Part shown: positions 61,409 to 64,000 of the stretch, piece after piece | Layout of the letters: the number at the start of each line of letters is the position of its first letter | Position numbering within the stretch: the first letter of the stretch is position 1 | Assembly: GCA_019057815.1 (NCBI GenBank) | Contig: JAHLWR010000004.1 | Location: 64,001 to 128,000 of the forward strand | Source: Candidatus Heimdallarchaeota archaeon | GTDB taxonomy: Archaea > Asgardarchaeota > Heimdallarchaeia > Heimdallarchaeales > Heimdallarchaeaceae | Reading direction: 5' to 3' | Length of the DNA stretch: 64,000 nucleotides | Made by a program: the position numbers and the translations under genes | Notes under the pieces: model-generated | Database searches by the model: none | Told to the model about the DNA's origin: nothing | The model's input: the letters and a program-made list of their open reading frames with translations, nothing else

Positions 61409-64000
61409 CTATATACTTTTTTTCTTAATAGAACCGATATAAGCGATTACAAGGATATATAATGGAACAAATAATAGCGAAATCGAAGACTGAGTCACTT
61501 CAGGAATGTTGAGCAAAACAGTTACAATAACAATATCAATAGCATAGTTATCTGCAAAATCATAGACAATTATTGTAATATTGTAAATACCAGCAGTTAA
61601 ATAGTCAATGTTCCATGAAATAGGAGATGAAGAATCCCACGAGTTACTAGTTTTTAAAGTTCCATTTTGATATATTTCATAGTATGATGGATTTGTATCA
61701 TCAGCTATCCAACTTAAAATATTTCCTGCAGTGTCTTCCACCATTTGAAAATCACTTAAAGGGGATAAGGAGGGGGATTCTTGATCAAGTATATGAATAA
61801 TGATAATGTCATAGAAGTTGTTCCTTGCTTTATCAAAAACAACTAAAGTGAAATTATATGTGCCATGATGTAGTTCTGATAAATCGATAACAATAGGTGA
61901 ACCAGAAATCCATTCATTTTGCATGTAAGAACTACCATTCTTTAAGACCTGATAATAATCAGTGTTTACATCCTCAGCAATCCATGTAATATTTATATCA
62001 ACTGCACCTTCAAGATAAGTTTCTTCATCAGGGTGATTATAAAACCTAAAAATCGTTGGTATTGTTGTATCAATAGTAAACAATGAATATGTTGTAAAAT
62101 TCTGTCCTTCAAAAGTCACTTGAACTGTTAAATTATAATCCCCATCTTCAAGATTTGCGATAGAAGATCCACTAGGTAAATTACCAAGTGAGATATTGTT
62201 TAAGAATACTGTTGCAATACCTATACTGGTTGAATAATCTAGTATTACAGTGTCACTTGCATAATATACATTATCTAAGGGAGAGTTTATCTGAATGATT
62301 GGAGGATAAAAATAGACAATGAAACTGTAGTGGTCGTAGTCACTAGAATCGCATCGTAGAGATAGGTAGTAAGTACCTGCTAAAGGAACAGAAACGTTCA
62401 ACCATCCAGAACTGTAAGAACTTCCGATGGCCTTGCTACCAAAACTCGAATCAACACTTAAAATGGAGGTACCAAGCCAGCTTGTACCACTATGTTCTAT
62501 ATAGACGCTAATGTTACCAGCATCAGGGACAGCGAAAGCATAACAATCATGGTAGTCAACTTCATTGTCATATGTAAAGTACCCTTGACCCATAGACCCA
62601 TAATACAAAACGTTCATGGATATTTCTAGAGCTGTCAAAGTTGTTTCCCCAGCATCAGTACCAGAACCAGCATCGTTTTGTCCATGTGAAAACCAATAAA
62701 CATATGAAATGGTGAAACTGTAATGATCGTAATCACTAGGATCGCAACGGAGAGATAGGTAGTAAGTACCTGCTAAAGGAACAGAAACGTTCAACCATCC
62801 AGAACTGTAAGAACTTCCGATGGCCTTGCTACCAAAACTCGAATCAACACTTAAAATGGAGGTACCAAGCCAGCTTGTACCACTATGTTCTATATAGACG
62901 CTAATGTTACCAGCATCAGTAACGGTGAAAGCATAGCAATCTTTAGCATCAACTTCATAGTTATCATTATAAAAACCCTGTCCCATGGTTCCAGAATATT
63001 GTGTATCATATTGCACAACAATGGCTGTTAAAGTTGTTTCCCCAGCATCAGTACCAGAACCAGCATCGTTTTGACTAGGAAAAGCCCAATAAACATATGA
63101 AATGGTGAAACTGTAATGATCGTAATCACTAGGATCGCAACGGAGAGATAGGTAGTAAGTACCTGCTAAAGGAACAGAAACGTTCAACCATCCAGAACTG
63201 TAAGAACTTCCGATGGCCTTGCTACCAAAACTCGAATCAACACTTAAAATGGAGGTACCAAGCCAGCTTGTACCACTATGTTCTATATAGACGCTAATGT
63301 TACCAGCATCAGGGACAGCGAAAGCATAACAATCATGATAGTCAACTTCATTGTCATACGTAAAGTATCCTTGACCCATAGACCCATAATACAAAGCGTT
63401 CATGGATATTTCTAGAGCTGTCAAAGTAGTTTCCCCAGTATCAGTACCAGAACCAGCATCGTTTTGACTAGGAAAAGCCCAATAAACATATGAAATGGTG
63501 AAACTGTAATGATCGTAATCACTAGGATCGCAACGGAGAGATAGGTAGTAAGTACCTGCTAAAGGAACAGAAACGTTCAACCATCCAGAACTGTAAGAAC
63601 TTCCGATGGCCTTGCTACCAAAACTCGAATCAACACTTAAAATGGAGGTACCAAGCCAGCTTGTACCACTATGTTCTATATAGACGCTAATGTTACCAGC
63701 ATCAGGGACAGCGAAAGCATAACAATCATGATAGTCAACTTCATTGTCATATGTAAAGTACCCTTGACCCATATCCCCGAAATAAAGGATGTCCAAATCC
63801 ACTATAACAGCTGTAGATGTAGTTTCCCCCGCATCACCACCAGAGTTAGCATCATTTTGAGTAGAATCAACAATCATTGATTGTGAAAAAGGATTATTGG
63901 AGGATTTTTGAAAGGAAATTTGTTTATCATCAAAAATTTGTCTTGGTTCTAGTACGCTAATAGAGGATAATAAAATCGTTAACAAAAATAACGATGACAC
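61409..64000 (-). CDS. Surface protein with four 131-aa PPC-like repeats, Ig-like domains and a C-terminal TM anchor (true start at or just beyond the window edge)
   Basis: QNDAGSGTDAG..D..DCYAF..GTYYL repeated four times; tail IPEV + TM + KKK. Confidence 0.88.
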   Translation of the reverse strand: MSSLFLLTILLSSISVLEPRQIFDDKQISFQKSSNNPFSQSMIVDSTQNDANSGGDAGETTSTAVIVDLDILYFGDMGQGYFTYDNEVDYHDCYAFAVPDAGNISVYIEHSGTSWLGTSILSVDSSFGSKAIGSSYSSGWLNVSVPLAGTYYLSLRCDPSDYDHYSFTISYVYWAFPSQNDAGSGTDTGETTLTALEISMNALYYGSMGQGYFTYDNEVDYHDCYAFAVPDAGNISVYIEHSGTSWLGTSILSVDSSFGSKAIGSSYSSGWLNVSVPLAGTYYLSLRCDPSDYDHYSFTISYVYWAFPSQNDAGSGTDAGETTLTAIVVQYDTQYSGTMGQGFYNDNYEVDAKDCYAFTVTDAGNISVYIEHSGTSWLGTSILSVDSSFGSKAIGSSYSSGWLNVSVPLAGTYYLSLRCDPSDYDHYSFTISYVYWFSHGQNDAGSGTDAGETTLTALEISMNVLYYGSMGQGYFTYDNEVDYHDCYAFAVPDAGNISVYIEHSGTSWLGTSILSVDSSFGSKAIGSSYSSGWLNVSVPLAGTYYLSLRCDSSDYDHYSFIVYFYPPIIQINSPLDNVYYASDTVILDYSTSIGIATVFLNNISLGNLPSGSSIANLEDGDYNLTVQVTFEGQNFTTYSLFTIDTTIPTIFRFYNHPDEETYLEGAVDINITWIAEDVNTDYYQVLKNGSSYMQNEWISGSPIVIDLSELHHGTYNFTLVVFDKARNNFYDIIIIHILDQESPSLSPLSDFQMVEDTAGNILSWIADDTNPSYYEIYQNGTLKTSNSWDSSSPISWNIDYLTAGIYNITIIVYDFADNYAIDIVIVTVLLNIPEVTQSSISLLFVPLYILVIAYIGSIKKKSI
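62320..63860 (-). repeat. Four tandem near-identical 393-bp units
   Basis: GATAGGTAGTAAGTACC recurs at 62361, 62754, 63147 and 63540 (period 393). Confidence 0.95.

Noticed and set aside
1-64000. CRISPR array, tRNA or rRNA genes
   Set aside because: None recognised by eye. Periodic repeats are all within coding sequence. A tRNAscan/Infernal run would be needed to exclude small RNAs.

Overview
AT-rich archaeal DNA, most consistent with an Asgard archaeon (Heimdallarchaeia-like). This is inferred from gene content (7TM-longin fusion, eIF-2B-family protein, many C-terminally anchored surface proteins), not from a marker gene. 1-19.3 kb is a surface-protein island: two overlapping giant genes (2068 aa with Ca-binding DxDxDG repeats; 2648 aa with FG-GAP/propeller repeats), bracketed by divergent paralogous beta-helix genes and followed by a serine recombinase. 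19.3-26.5 kb is a housekeeping-like block. 26.6-64 kb is an accessory zone with a CpaM + HgcAB-like fusion pair, hydrolases, an ABC transporter, toxin-antitoxin pairs, pseudogenes and two tnpB-only IS200/IS605 elements. The strongest unannotated signal is a family of ~200-bp non-coding mini-elements (41424-41622, 44357-44557, and a partial or chimeric copy from 50842). They carry IS200/IS605-type ends (TYTAT target motif, TCAT right end) and a covarying copy of the RNA scaffold found in the 3' end of tnpB, but no protein, so they look like mobile guide-RNA-only elements. Other highlights are a probable COMMD-like gene in a toxin-antitoxin operon, TnpBs with a Fanzor-type rearranged RuvC site, and an ArsR with an Fe-S-like Cys tail and a 32-bp perfect palindrome. 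All alignments were done by eye; no searches were run.
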